DNA of 63,986 nucleotides, the filler included, from Klebsormidium nitens (taxonomy: Eukaryota > Plantae > Klebsormidiophyceae): NCBI GenBank assembly GCA_000708835.1. It is 8 parts of 8 records of this genome, joined end to end, with 100 filler letters (N's around TTAATTAATTAA, not from the genome) between each part and the next. Parts side by side here need not be neighbours in the genome. Positions count along the whole stretch, not along the records: positions 1 to 12,582 come from DF238030.1; 7 more parts are not named here. One strand, 5' to 3'. Below, piece after piece: positions 1-12,682 of the stretch. The first letter of the stretch is position 1, and each line of letters starts with the position of its first letter. The notes under the pieces were generated by a model. The model was not told where the DNA came from. It saw only the letters and a list, made by a program, of their open reading frames with translations, and did not search any database. The position numbers were made by a program, and so were the translations under genes.

Positions 1-181
1 GGGGCGCTGACTGTGACAGTGACAGCAACAATGGGGTGGTGGCTGAGAGGGGGGGCGGTGAGTGGCACACGACCGCCCGCCTCTTGGTGGGAGGCCCGAG
101 GGGCAAGCATCCTGATTTCGTCGGCCAGTTTTTGTGATTCTCGAGAAGTATGGTGCTAAGATCAGCTGATGAGGCGGTCGC

Positions 182-1928
182 ATGTCGTCCCTTACCCAGC
201 TCTTGCACGGAAGAACGTGCCGTGTGGCAACATGTCTGGTGTTTAGCTCAGCGTGGCCGGAACTGATTGCTGGAGGCCCGCAAGAGAATGCAAAGTCCAA
301 TGCTTTAAATTCTTTTCTTTTTCTCTTCCAGTTGCTCGCTCTGTGTGCTACCGTTGCTGTCCTCCTGTGTGCTCCCTCCGGTCCGCATTTCCGGCTTGTG
401 ATCGACGCCTCCTTCGGCCAGGCAGCAATTCAAGCAGACGGGCCAGCCCTCGCCCCCCTCATTGTGCTGACGGAGGCCGCCCAGCAGAGTGGAGCGGTGT
501 GCTTAGATGGCAGCCCCGCAGCCTACTACTTCCAGCCAGGCACAGGGGCAGGCGCACACAACTGGATCATCCACTTTGAAGGTGGGCAAGCACGTGCAGC
601 GCCAAAGCTGTCGGGAATTTCAGGCTTACAACCTCTGATAAACGACAGGGGGGACGAATCTTGATGACTCCAGCTAGCCCGTCTGCTTGTAACGTTTGTG
701 CCACTATAATGAAGGGATCCCCTTGATTCCTGGTTGTGATCAGCTGTGGGTCCTTGGCTTGCAAGCTTAGTCACTGGAAGATGGCGCTTCCTTTTCCCCC
801 AAGGTCCCATCTTAATGCATTGACAAGTTTTAGTAGAGTGCTTAGAAACATGCGCTCCCTACTCAGTGCATGTGTCCCACAGCCTGCAGTGCAAGCTCCG
901 TCTCATTAACGAGTTACCCCTGTGGTTGCCCACATGCAGGTGGGGGCTGGTGCACCAGCCTCGAAGACTGTGTGTTGCGAGCAGGGGATTCCCTAGGGTC
1001 CAGCCATGGGTGGCCACGCACACGCCATCTGACGGGTCACCTCAGCCGGGACCCCGCCGTCAACCCTGACCTGCACACCTGGAATGCCGCCTACCTGCCC
1101 TACTGCGACGGCGCCAGCTTTGCCGGCAATGTGTCCCAGCCGCAGAGCAGCGGGGGCCAGAGCGTCTTCTTCCGGGGGGCCGCCATCCTGGATGCAGTGC
1201 TGGCAGACCTGATGCACAGGGGCCTCCATACGGCGCAGCGGGTGCTCGTCACTGGCTGCTCGGCAGGGGGGCTGGCCGCCTACCTGCACTGTGACTACGT
1301 GGCAGCCAGGGTGGGAGGGGGCGCCGTGACCAAGTGCATGCCGGACGCGGGGTTCTTCATGGATGCCCCCGACGTGTGGGGGCAGCGCCGCATGGAGGGC
1401 CTGTTCCGGGCGGCGGTCGAGATGCACAACGTGTTGGGCAACGTGAACGAGGCGTGCGTGGCCGCGCTGCCGGCACGTGATGCCTGGAAGTGCTTCTACG
1501 CGCCGTACAGTGCGTCCTTTGTGCAGGCCCCGCTCTTCATTGTGAACCCCCTGTTTGACACGTGGCAGATTGCCAACCTTGTGCTCGGTGGCAGGGCAGC
1601 CCCGGAGTGGGACGGTTGCCGGTACTCGCTGGCCGGGTGCACGCGCGAGCAGGGTGCCGTGCTGCGCGCGTTTGCGGACCAGCTGGCGGCGCGAGCGCTG
1701 AGCACGCTGGCAGCGGCCAGCGGTGACGGCGCGTTCCTCTTCTCGTGCTTCCTGCACTGCCCCAACCTGGACAACGACGACTGGTGGCAGCAGCTGACCA
1801 TAGGCGGCACCGCGCTGCGAGAAGCGGCGGCAGACTGGGTGCTAGACAGAGGCGGAGACCACTTCCATGTTGACAAGACAAGTGACTACGAACGGGGTAC
1901 GAACCCGAGTTGCGGCATCAGTGTTTAG
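182..1928 (+). CDS. PAE: Pectin acetylesterase / Notum-like alpha-beta hydrolase (CE13 family), spliced; start codon and first exon uncertain
   Basis: The GT-AG intron 582-939 joins CLDGSPAAYYFQPGTGAGAHNWIIHFE-G to GGWC, rebuilding the family motif FEGGGWC. The last exon 940-1928 has YCDGASF, nucleophile GCSAGG, NPLFDTWQ (Asp) and SCFLHC (His). A hydrophobic signal-like stretch LLALCATVAVLLCA starts at 332. Confidence 0.88.
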
Positions 1929-3853
1929 GTCGAGGTGGGTATCGACGTTACCTTTTGATAAGCACCGACAAAGGTTGCTGTGTACAGACTGGCTTGGATC
2001 AGCACACGGCAGCAATTCTTCCGATCCGTCACTAGCGGCAGGCCTGTTGCAAGAACGGGATATTTTGAGCAGCTCACAACAAAACGCTGATACCAACTTC
2101 TCCGACAGAAGCTTGCTGACGCCACGGCACTTAGCTGCATAAAGGCGATTGGTAGCGACTACGCTTACAGCTGTCTACCTCAATGACTATGGCCTCCGGC
2201 TTTGAGGCCTATTCGAAAATCTGGTGCAGCAGTCTCAAATTTGCTCTTCCAGCCTTTGCAAGCATCTATGATTGGAGCCCAACGTTTTCGCGGACTGTGG
2301 TTGTCGTGCAACTCACGTTCGTCTTTACAAGTAATGTAGGCTGGAAAGGGTTACCAAGAATGGCAAGCCCGGAAGATTTGCGCACCCCTCCTTGCATGGC
2401 AACCGCGTTTAATGTATGTGGCGCAAAGCATACATAGACAGATCAAAGTACATCATGGTTGGCACTAGTAAGTGGAAGTACATGGACGGTTGATTGAAAG
2501 GCGTACGCACATGGTGATTGTATAACTTCGTCCAACACTAAGTTCGTCATTAGCTGAAAACTTTATGTGCGACTCGACAGTATATGCAGGTTGTGTACCT
2601 GACGGTTGCGACTGGAGGAACTCTACATGACTTTTCAAAATCCGATCCTAGGTGCGGGCTACATCTGAGATGTACGTACTCTGCCGCAGCTTCATCGAGC
2701 TAGCCTGTAGAATCGCGGAAGGTCCATGCCCCACTCGCGCCTCCGACGCAATCATGTGTACGGTACCCGGCCGTTGTTCTTCAGTTGACTGGACCATTCA
2801 CATGATTCAGTTGCGTGCCTCCTACATGGGCAGCAATAACAATGTATCCATCTAAAATATTGCAAAGAGCCCGCCGTAGTTCAGTGGTCCGTAAGCTAGT
2901 GCATGGATATACGTCCAGCAAGAATGTAGCTCGGCCTACCAAAAGCCTCTGCACTTGGGCTACATAGTAGTATCTCAAAAGATTTCGAAGAGGTCCTAAC
3001 GTCCTTAATCTAGATTCTTAAAAGTCTGCAAAATTAGTACCAAATTACACGATCGGAGGCCACGCCACAATTTGTCCTCTACACAATGGCATGTTAATTA
3101 GGGACGAAAGTGTTGGCTTTCAGAAAGCCTCACTTCTGGCGGCGATAAGCATCCTCGTCCCAGGAAGTAACCCGTCCTCGAGCAGAATTCGATGTTTGAA
3201 TTCATCGTTCGAGGCCAGTGGCTTTGTCAGAGGATCTTGACGCGTGCCAGTGGCTCTATATCGAGATACCCTGCATGACCTGCAGCCAGATTACGGCCTA
3301 AGATCAGCATCAAGAGGGTGCACCAGTCGAATCTCCAAGTCTCAGATTTGCTCGTGATGTCGTGATCTTCCCGACAATACCCTGTTCTGCTTGGTTGACG
3401 CAAGGGTGGAGTTTATTCAGATGGACGCGAGCCAAGTTTGAATCCATTGCCTTCTGCGTACCGCGGTCGTATGCCGAGCTGCTCTTATCGACACTGTACG
3501 ACGCCGCAAGGCGGTGCCCGCACATCGAGGTGCTAATGAGGGCTGGCTCTCAAGCATAGACTGTCAACAGTACAGATGTCAACGATGACGATAGGTCGAA
3601 ATCAAGAAGTACCGTATAAGTAGATGCAGTTTCCTTGGCGCGAAACTCATTCAGGGAAGACCGTCTCGAGTCGTCACTTGACCTGAACAATTTCAGAGTC
3701 CAAAGTGCAAGTCTGCCCATGCACGAAGCAGGATGCAGCTCTAGCGTCCATCGCAACACAAGAAGCAGCACCATAAGAACGCTTAGCTAGACTTTGATGT
3801 AGAGCAGGCGGCAGCGGAGGGCATAAGAAGGAAGCGCGGACGGCGGAAGAACG

Positions 3854-6800
3854 ATGGCAGGCGGTCCCAGCTCCAGTGGCCTCATCGGAAATGGGCGGTG
3901 GGAGATGGGGGCCAGGATTGCTCGGCACGATGAGGTGAGGGGGAGGCTCGGGGGCAGAACAGATTGTGTCCTGAAAAGCATGCATCCTGCCTGTGGCGCA
4001 AAGAAAGCTTTGAAGTCTGCGAAGCTAGACTCGTACCTCCATTGATAGAGTAGAAGCGAAGTCCAGAAAATGAATATCGGGGACTTCGAAGCAGGGTCAA
4101 GCTCAGATGAGCAGCAGCATGCTCCTTTGTAGATTTTGGTGGCTCACGTTGAGGAGGGTCACACCTGCGAGCAATGGACCTCTATGCTGTTCAATGTTGT
4201 GCTTTCTCACTTTGGGGCCTGATCAACGGCGCCTGGAAAGCCATGAAAACCATTGAGAAGGCACTGCTAAAAGTGTGGCCATGCATGTCAGGGATTCACT
4301 CTGGAGAGGGATAAAACTAGATTATCCTTGGGAACACGATGCCTTTGTCAACAGGGGGGAATCCAAGGGATGTTCCACAAGTCTGACAACTCGTAGTGGA
4401 CAGATTCAAGAAGGACCTGCAGAAAGAGCAAATTAACGGCCCGACGAAGTTTACCTTGGTATCTGCTCGCGCTCCACTTAGAAAGCTTCGAAGGCAATAT
4501 TGGCTGTCGTAGGTAGCAATCCGCAAAGCCCCGTGACTTTCACTCTATTCTTTGATGTTTTGATTCTGACGCAGATTGCTGTGTACGCTGCTGAAACCCT
4601 AGAGACTGGAGAGATGGTAAGAACCTGCATCTATACTCCACTCTGCCCCTGCTCTCACCTCGAAACGATTACTTGCGCAGGACCTGCTCAATCTGAAGCA
4701 GATTGTATAGCTTCTCACAGATGCTGGGAGGGATTGCGCCTTCTTCGGATTGCTGTATCAAGAAAGATGTCACTCGGTCCCTGAGCAGCAAGAGCAGGCC
4801 TGAAAATTAGGGTTTGTTCGCAGGTGGCCATCAAGTTGGAGCCGGAGACGGCGCGTAACCCGCACCTGCTGCAAGAATACAAGAGCTACCGCAAGCTGGA
4901 GAAGGAGAACATGCGTGAGCGCCAAATACAGCTTCTCTTCCTTCTCTGCCCCTTGTTTCGTCACAACATGGCGAGTAGAGCGGAGGTGCACTGCGCCTTT
5001 AACAAGGAATATCCGTGCATCTTCGAAGAACACTTGTTTTGTTGCACGCCTTCCTTGGTTGGGAACCATGGGTTTGGGCGGCTGACCTCCTCGCTGCTGT
5101 GGTCTCATTGCTTCTCTGTGATGCAGCCGGCATTCCGAGGCCTCGAGCAGGGTGAGCAACGGACCCCGCGTCCTCTGTGTCTCTATTTGATCCAGCTTAA
5201 GTCAGAGATTCCGCAACATCAAAATTTTCTGCATTTGAGCTGAGACCAGCCTAGGGCAGAATCTCACGGCGGAGATTGCTTTTCCTTTTGGAATACCAGC
5301 CTAGGACACGAACATGTAATATGTCTCGCAGTTCGGACGGCTTGTGGTGTCAACCAAGCGTCTAGGGCTATTGCGGCTCGCCTCACCGTTTGGCCTGCTC
5401 CGTGGTCGCAGGTTCAGCGAGAAGGGCTACAACGTTCTGGTCATGGTCAGTGCGGCCCCCTGCCTCTCGCCGCGGCTCTTTCTTAACCTCAACTGCATTT
5501 TCTTCAATCCCCGAAGGGTTTAGAAGCCGCCTCGTGCAGCAAGCTGTCTGCCTGTAGATGAGCCCTCGTGCTGTCAATGCCATTGCCTATCGAAAACATG
5601 ATTCGAAGCATCTTTTGATGGCACGGATTTCATTTTTAGCTCCAGAGCTCGATGCTGCTACCTGTTCGCGGCCGCGCTTGCACAAGGACAGCCTCTCCGT
5701 TGCTGAAGGGTGGGCGTGCGCTCGCAGGACTTGCTGGGCCCCACTCTGGAGGACCTGTGGATTCTGTGCAACAGGACGTTCACCCCGCGCACCGTCACCC
5801 TCCTTGCCGACCACCTCGTGAGCAATCGCCGCCCGACGCGTGCCAACCAGCTGCCGCCGAGGCGCAGGGCTCTGAGTCAGAAGTGTTTCGCCGATATTCT
5901 GCCCGTGCAGCCTGATCTGGAAAACCCATCAGGCACAAAGTGTTGTCTTCTGGAATCATCCTGGGCAGGGCTGGCAGACGTACCTCACAGTCCTCTGCAA
6001 AGAGTACTTTTGCTACTCAGGAAGCAGGTCGGAGGGGGAAGCCGCCAGTGACGCGGCTATCTTTCAAAAGTGACACCCTCCTCTCTGCTGGCTGGTGCAG
6101 ATCACGCGCATTGAGGACTTGCACAGCCGGGGCTACGTCTGGAGGGGGGTTCGGCCGGACAACTTCTGGTAGGCCCTCCGCTGATACCGTCTCATGGCCT
6201 CGGATAGCCTGGCGCGAAGAAGCTTCCGCGCCTCTCAAATGATGTGGGACATCCACGGGGTGCAGATGTGACAGAAGCTGCTCATACCTCAAAATGTCGA
6301 TCAAATGTGTCTCCATATGCCGTAGTCATCTTGCTTCTTGACGCTGCATCTGACTTTTTTGCAGCATGGGGCTTGGAGACAAGTGCTCGGAGGTGAGCAG
6401 CCCCTTCAAAAATCTCAAAACCCCCTTCGCAGGGTGTTCTCATCACTTCTGTACGTCATCGAGCACGCCGGACGAGTCTACTTTTTGACATTTTCTGAGG
6501 TCCACATGCAAAAAGGGACTTGGGGCTCGTAATTGGTTTGGGCGGTTCGAGTCATCAGTACATAAAGTATGATTCTTCTGTACAGGTGTTCATGATCGAC
6601 CTGAGCCTGTGCACTCCGTTCCTGGACAAGACGGGCGCACACGTCGAGTACAAGTGAGGATGCCAGCAACTTCGAAGTGCCTTGCCGTTTTTTCTGGTAC
6701 GAAAGGCCTCCAAGGCCTCATAGGATAAGGGAGTCGGATGCTTATTCGGATATTAGTGGTATAGGCTGATTAATCCCCGGAATGCATATTCCCGGTGGGC

Positions 6801-9112
6801 GCTTTTGGCACGTCTTACTGATGTGGGTTTGCTTCATGTGAATTTGCGGGTCGCGCGATCCTTCTCGACCTGAGAACGCGGCGCGGCGTGTGGCGCAGGG
6901 AGAACCTGTCCCCGGTCGGGTCCGCGTACTGGCTGTCCCAGAACGCGCACTTTGGCATCGAGCAGAGCCGGCGGGACGACCTCGAGTCGCTGGGCTACGT
7001 CCTGCTCTACTTCCTCAAGGGATGGTCAGAACCTCCCGCCTCATGCACCCAACGCCTTTGCTACGTCATAAACTAAACAATCCCGCGATTGCAAGCCAGC
7101 AGAGGAACACGCGTCCGAGCCAGTGCTTGATGAAGCCAAAGAACTGTTATCGATTAGGGGCTTCGAAGCCGCGTGGAAGTAAGGGCCCGTCAAGTTCTTG
7201 AAGACGCCTGTGATTTGTTGGTTTCTGTCTGTCTCTTTCCCCGCCCGTGTGCCGTGCTGCTGACCGCGGCCGGCGGCTGTGCAGGTTGCCGTGGCACGAG
7301 ATCGACAGCGCGAAGCGGCACCTGCTGCTGGAGAAGGTGCAGAACAAAAAGGTGGAGACCACGCTCGAGGTGCGCGGACCCGTCTCACCGCTCGACTCCG
7401 TACCTCGGCTTAGACACGTTGTAGCTGTCACCAAATGTTGCTTTGCACCGATTCTAGTCGGTGGCGGCACTGAATTGTGTCCCAAAACAAAGGAGCTCTT
7501 CTGATCATAATCTTCGGTTCCAGAAGTTCGTATCATTTCGCTGCCTGCAGTCTTTCATGTCATTTATCTTTTTGCTCGCTGGCCGTGACTGACCGGTGCA
7601 TTCGTCCCTGCACTTTTCCCGCAGGAGCTGTGCGAGGGCCAGCCGGAGGAGTATTTGACGTTCCTGGAGTACACACGCAGCCTGGAGTTCGACCAAAAGC
7701 CCGACTACGACTTCCTGCGCTCCCTCTTCCGCGACCTCGCAGACACCGAAGGTGAGAGCGCCAAAATGCGGAAAGAAAGACGTGGCCACTGTAAGCATGG
7801 CAGCCGTTCACTGGGAGATCCTTTCTTTCGCGTCTTCCTGAAAAGTGGCTACGGCCCGTATGTACCCAGGATGCTGTGTCTGTATTCTCAGACGGAGCAG
7901 CAGACCACTGCCAATGTTAATTGTGGGCTTTGCGCTCTGCACCGTCAAACTGGTAGCAGTATGTTGCTCGTCGTCTTCTGCTTGACCTTATTCCGTCAAT
8001 TGCAGGCTGGAAGGCAGATGGCCTATTCGACTGGCACCACTTGGACGTCCTGAAGGAGGGCGCCATCCCCGCGCCCACACGCAAGGTCAGTCCACCGCAC
8101 CGGGCTGCCATGCTGATTTTGCCGTTCGCCACCTGCTCAGATTCTTTGCCAACACGCTCTCGTTCAACACTCGAGAGGGGATCCGAGAGCAGAGGCGGCA
8201 TTCCTTTCTCTACAGTTGGTGAGGAATCCAGGCTGTGTGGGGTGCTCGGCTGCTGATCCGTCCTATTGTTGTGCACGCAGACCCATTTCACGACCAAGGA
8301 CCTGTCCAAGACCAAGCCCGTCTTCCTCAACCAAGCAGCAGGTAGGGGCGCCGTCGCCGCAAGCGGCTCCACGAATTTTGTTCCTTGTTGAGCCGCCTGT
8401 TCTTATGCAATCTGCACAATTGTAGCGGCCGTTGGCCTTGTCTTCTGTGCTCTGTTGCGCGCTTTCATGGCCGGGAAACATTAGACCATTCATTTCATAG
8501 AGCAGCGTAGGAACGTTTTCACCTGACTGCATATTTGAGCGCGAGGCGTTCTTTGACTTCCACCGCGGCCTTGTTGCAGAGACGTACTTGCTGCGCCGCT
8601 TCTTCGACGACTGCGCGCGCGTGTACGAGCGCTCCCCGAGCGGCCTGACGGACGAGGCGGGCGACCGCCACGTGTCGGGCCCGGTGCGCTACACCACCAC
8701 CGTGGCCCCGCCGCCCCCCAACAAGCCGCGAGGCGCCCGCGAGAGGAAGGACGTCCCGCCCGCCAAGCCCGCCGCACCGCCACCGCAACCGGGACAGCCG
8801 AAGCGGAGGTGGGAAACCGTGGCCCCGGCCCCCCCAACGCCGCAGAGGGGGAACACGCCGCCCATTCTGGCAGCCCAGCGGGAGAGCACTCCACCTGGCC
8901 CGGCGCCCCAATGGGGAGGGACTCCACCCGTTTCGGCACTGCAGCGTGGGGGAACTCCGCCCGTCCAAGCAGCGCAGCGGGAGGAAACTCCGCCGGTCCC
9001 GGCATGGCCGCCGGCTGCGGCCGGTGTTGCCGAGGACGCGGAAAAGAAGGAGGACGGGAAGGACGAGATGACGGCAACGGAACGGTTCCTGCTCGAGAAG
9101 TTTGGGATCTGA
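3854..9112 (+). CDS. Casein kinase 1-family protein, predicted pseudokinase, 15 exons, Pro-rich C-terminal tail
   Basis: Exons 3854-3934, 4575-4616, 4824-4914, 5127-5151, 5412-5445, 5728-5817, 6101-6168, 6365-6392, 6586-6653, 6899-7024, 7285-7369, 7625-7751, 8006-8085, 8281-8341 and 8580-9112 splice in frame with GT-AG ends. They give [45 protein letters not shown] and [14 protein letters not shown], which are CK1 signatures. Confidence 0.88.
8834..9000 (+). repeat. Five imperfect 33-bp coding repeats (11 aa, consensus xxxQRGxTPPV) in the kinase tail
   Basis: The Gln codon recurs at 8843, 8876, 8909, 8942 and 8975: [40 protein letters not shown]. Confidence 0.85.
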
Positions 9113-12100
9113 GCATGGACTTAGAGAGGGGGCGAAGAAGTACGAGAGAGGGTTATAGTGCTGAGGAGATGTCTCAAGTTCGTTGGGTGACCCAGTACTT
9201 CAAACGCTGTTGCTTCTTGAAACTGCTTTGGATGCAGTATCATTATTGCCAGGGTCCTTTGAAAGTTTTGAAGGCATCCGTGTGCAGGTGTAGCTTTGCG
9301 CAACCGATCAGGTCCTGCTTGGAAGACTGTTCTTTTCTTACTTTTTTTGTTTGCTGTTCAATGTTCCGGCCGCTCGTTATGCTTGACATTTTTGAAACCG
9401 TGGCCAATCCATCTTGCGACCTCTAAGTCGAGTGGGTAAAACAAAAGCAAACTACAAATGAGACTACGCCATCGATGACGCGATTGTACACAGCTGGCTG
9501 CCTTAGATGCGAATGGCATGACGCATCCTGCAAGGCTGCTTGTTCGCATGCAGCAGACGAGTTGAGCGCCGGCTGCGAGTCATGCATCGTCATCATTCTA
9601 CCCACAACCTCAAGCTGCATTGCGGCATGTCACTCGTCCATCATCGGATCCACTGAGTTTCTGCATTAAATACAGATCCTCAGATCAACTCCGAAGCGGA
9701 CTAGGGTACCAGCCGCATGCATTATCGACTTAGCTGATAGTCCTAGCTTGTATTATAGACGGTTGCCACCACCCTGATCCCTGCGGCGTGCACATATAAA
9801 TATCTGATATAGCGCGCTGTATTTGCACGTGCGAGGCAGTATTTCACGTGTTCATTCGGATTAAGGACAAGAACGAAATCAAGGAAAAAGACATCATTAC
9901 GTACCTAGTTGTACTCATGTCAACATGACATGCGAACGCATTGATGCTGAAAGCTTTTTCGGCAAATACCGGGCGAATCAATCAAGGGGTCAATTCCGGC
10001 AGGCCCCGGGCTGGGAACTCGAAATAACAGCATGATCCGGATGTCGCCGTTACCCCTAACCCAGACGGACCCTAGCTGCGCTTGTACATGATTCCGGTAC
10101 GTATAAGCATTTGAACTTGATCCAGAGGCGCCTCTGAACTCATTGTCCATGATACGTGTTGCGCATAATGACAAGATAAGCTGCCAAATTATGACGCAAC
10201 CACTAATACCCTTGACTTTACATGGTGCAAGGGACTGACTTTCGCAACGAACATACTTGCCTTCGAAGGTACAAGAGTTCGAATAGGTCTTTCTTTCAAA
10301 AAAGTTGACTGTCTGTGTGTGTCTAATTTCTTGGTTCAAGAGGTGCAACTGCCATAGCCGCTCAATACGACGCTGGCAGTTGTTGTTAAGGTATTCGCGT
10401 CAAGATCTGCCCCTTATTTTATCGTGTTTATACAAGACTCGATCTGATTTCAAACCCGTTGCTTGTGGTGCAAAACCAACCAGACATGCTAAGCATTGGT
10501 CGCACAGCTGCAGCACGGGCCCTCAGGGCCTTCACCCCAGCCGGTCCAACCGGGGTAGTCCTCGTTCCGCCCAGCGGCGCGCCGCTCGTCTCCCTCGATT
10601 ATCCATCGCGAATTCCGTTTGAGTCCGCTCGTCCATCGCGCGCTGCGGTTACACTCTTCCACATATACATATTCCCTCGGGGCCAGCTCGCATGTGACAA
10701 AGAGTCTATACACACATACCCTCTATATATAGGGAGGGTGTTGTTTTTTCCTAGCAACGATGCAGTAAGGATCGGCGCGGTGCTGCCGTCGCCAAAATGC
10801 ACCGCGCCGATTGCGGGGTGTTGTTCATGTTGTTCTCGTTTCGCCGACTCGCACAGTCATACGTCTATACGTGTCAGCAACAACACTGAGATGTTCCAAT
10901 CGACCATCCCGAAAAAAAGCCCGGTGACGGTCCGGACTCCGGGTGTTGTTGGATTGGATCAGTGGATCGTCGTGTGGGGCAACTTTGCGTGCTTAAGCTA
11001 CCCCCCGGCACAACTCTAAGCCTGCGCAGGGGTACATTGAGCCTTGGGACTATGCACACCTAGCTACCTGGAGGCGGGTCTCCGGGTTTCTCTTTTAAAA
11101 TGGAGCCCGGGTCTCGAAATTGACATCAGACACCCCCTTCGGGCTATGCACACTAGAACACTAGTCGGGGTCTCGCTGACGTGTCGGAGGGCCCGGGTAG
11201 ATTGTTAAGATTGAAATTTTCTAGAATCCGAGTCCCGGCTTTTTGAATTGCATGGCCGGGTTTCGATCGAAACTTAATCGGGGTCTCGGTAACGTCACGG
11301 GGGAACGATCGACGCGCCAAACGTACTTTTGCGGGCTTCGATCGATCCGTGTACAAAATGTACACGGTTCTAGGTACACAACGCATTGAGGAGCGGAAAC
11401 CCAACTCCCCGTTCAATTCTGTCAATTGCAAAACATTCCAATCACATGCTTTGCTCCTGATCCTTCTCGTGTGTGCGGACCGAGACAAACCGTTCTGCAC
11501 TCCTACACTCTCGTCCACCATCAGTGATTATCCTTTGAATGATCATAAAACCAAGCAAAGTGTTTGGCAAAGGAAGGTGAACAGGCTGAATGAAAGTTGA
11601 CATCCCTTTCATGCATGCCTTCCTCTCCTTTCACTCTCTGGATGCATGGCATAAATTCAACATGAGTTTGGCATGACACCTGGATGTGTGTTCAGTGCTA
11701 TCAATTTGTAATGATTGATGCAGCTAAACATTCACTGGGCCTGGCTAACCGTCCAATTCTATTGCCGTCTTTATGTTTGTCCGGATTGGATAAATGACAT
11801 CCGGGACCACTACTGTAGGACTAATCTAATCTGCTTATAGAAGGGGCTATGTTCTAGGGGCTCGGCTAGACCAAACTCAAGCATACGAATAAAAGCGGGA
11901 ATACTCTCTGAAAGCTATATCATGCAGCAGCCAAGCATTCTGAACATTACATTACCTGGGTGAAAGATATGCAATTTTGGATGAGTTTTCCAGCCTTTCG
12001 GAGAGCTGAACAACGTTAATCAAGATTGCCGTGCCTGAAGGGTGTTGTATCATACTTCAGGCTTGGGGGGAAGAGAAGCACTTGGTCAATCTTCTGCCGG

Positions 12101-12582
12101 CACAGGATCTTCAGTGACGAAGCCAATCAGTAGAATAAAATTGTCTTCTGTAGATGCGGGCCTCCCACTCGCCAAAAGAGTCCCGGTCAAATTGCTGCAG
12201 CTGTCAGATCAGGATGTGTCGCGACACAAAGTTTGGCCCAGCCCCTTTCGAATGCTATTATCTCGTGCTTCGTCCGAGCTCTTCACTGATTGCTAACTTG
12301 TCTTTGCTAAGAGGTCTGTGCTTTTTGTGGCGCGAGAAGAGCTTTTTGCTGTGCGAAGCAATTTGGAAATGAAAAGCAAGCTTCTTGCAGCGTCAGCTTT
12401 TGCGCTTCGGCTATGAGTCCATCGATCTCGGGACCGACGACACCTGTACGAGTCCACCGAGCGCGGACAAAGAATCTCAGCCCTCAGACTTGCGCTTGAC
12501 TCGCACCACACTGTGACGGTTGGCCAGCTTAAGCGAAGTGCTGGCAGGATAACGACGAAACACTAACGGCAGCCATGTGCAG

Positions 12583-12682
12583 NNNNNNNNNNNNNNNNNN
12601 NNNNNNNNNNNNNNNNNNNNNNNNNNTTAATTAATTAANNNNNNNNNNNNNNNNNNNNNNNNNNNNNNNNNNNNNNNNNNNN
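12583..12682. other. Artificial contig spacer
   Basis: N44-TTAATTAATTAA-N44, with stops in all six frames. Confidence 0.98.

Noticed and set aside
2150-3800. Short ORFs in the intergenic stretch (similarly 9400-10400, 12700-14200, 15950-17500, 62450-63986)
   Set aside because: No recognisable motifs, splice-consistent exon chains or clear repeat boundaries; probably old decayed sequence.
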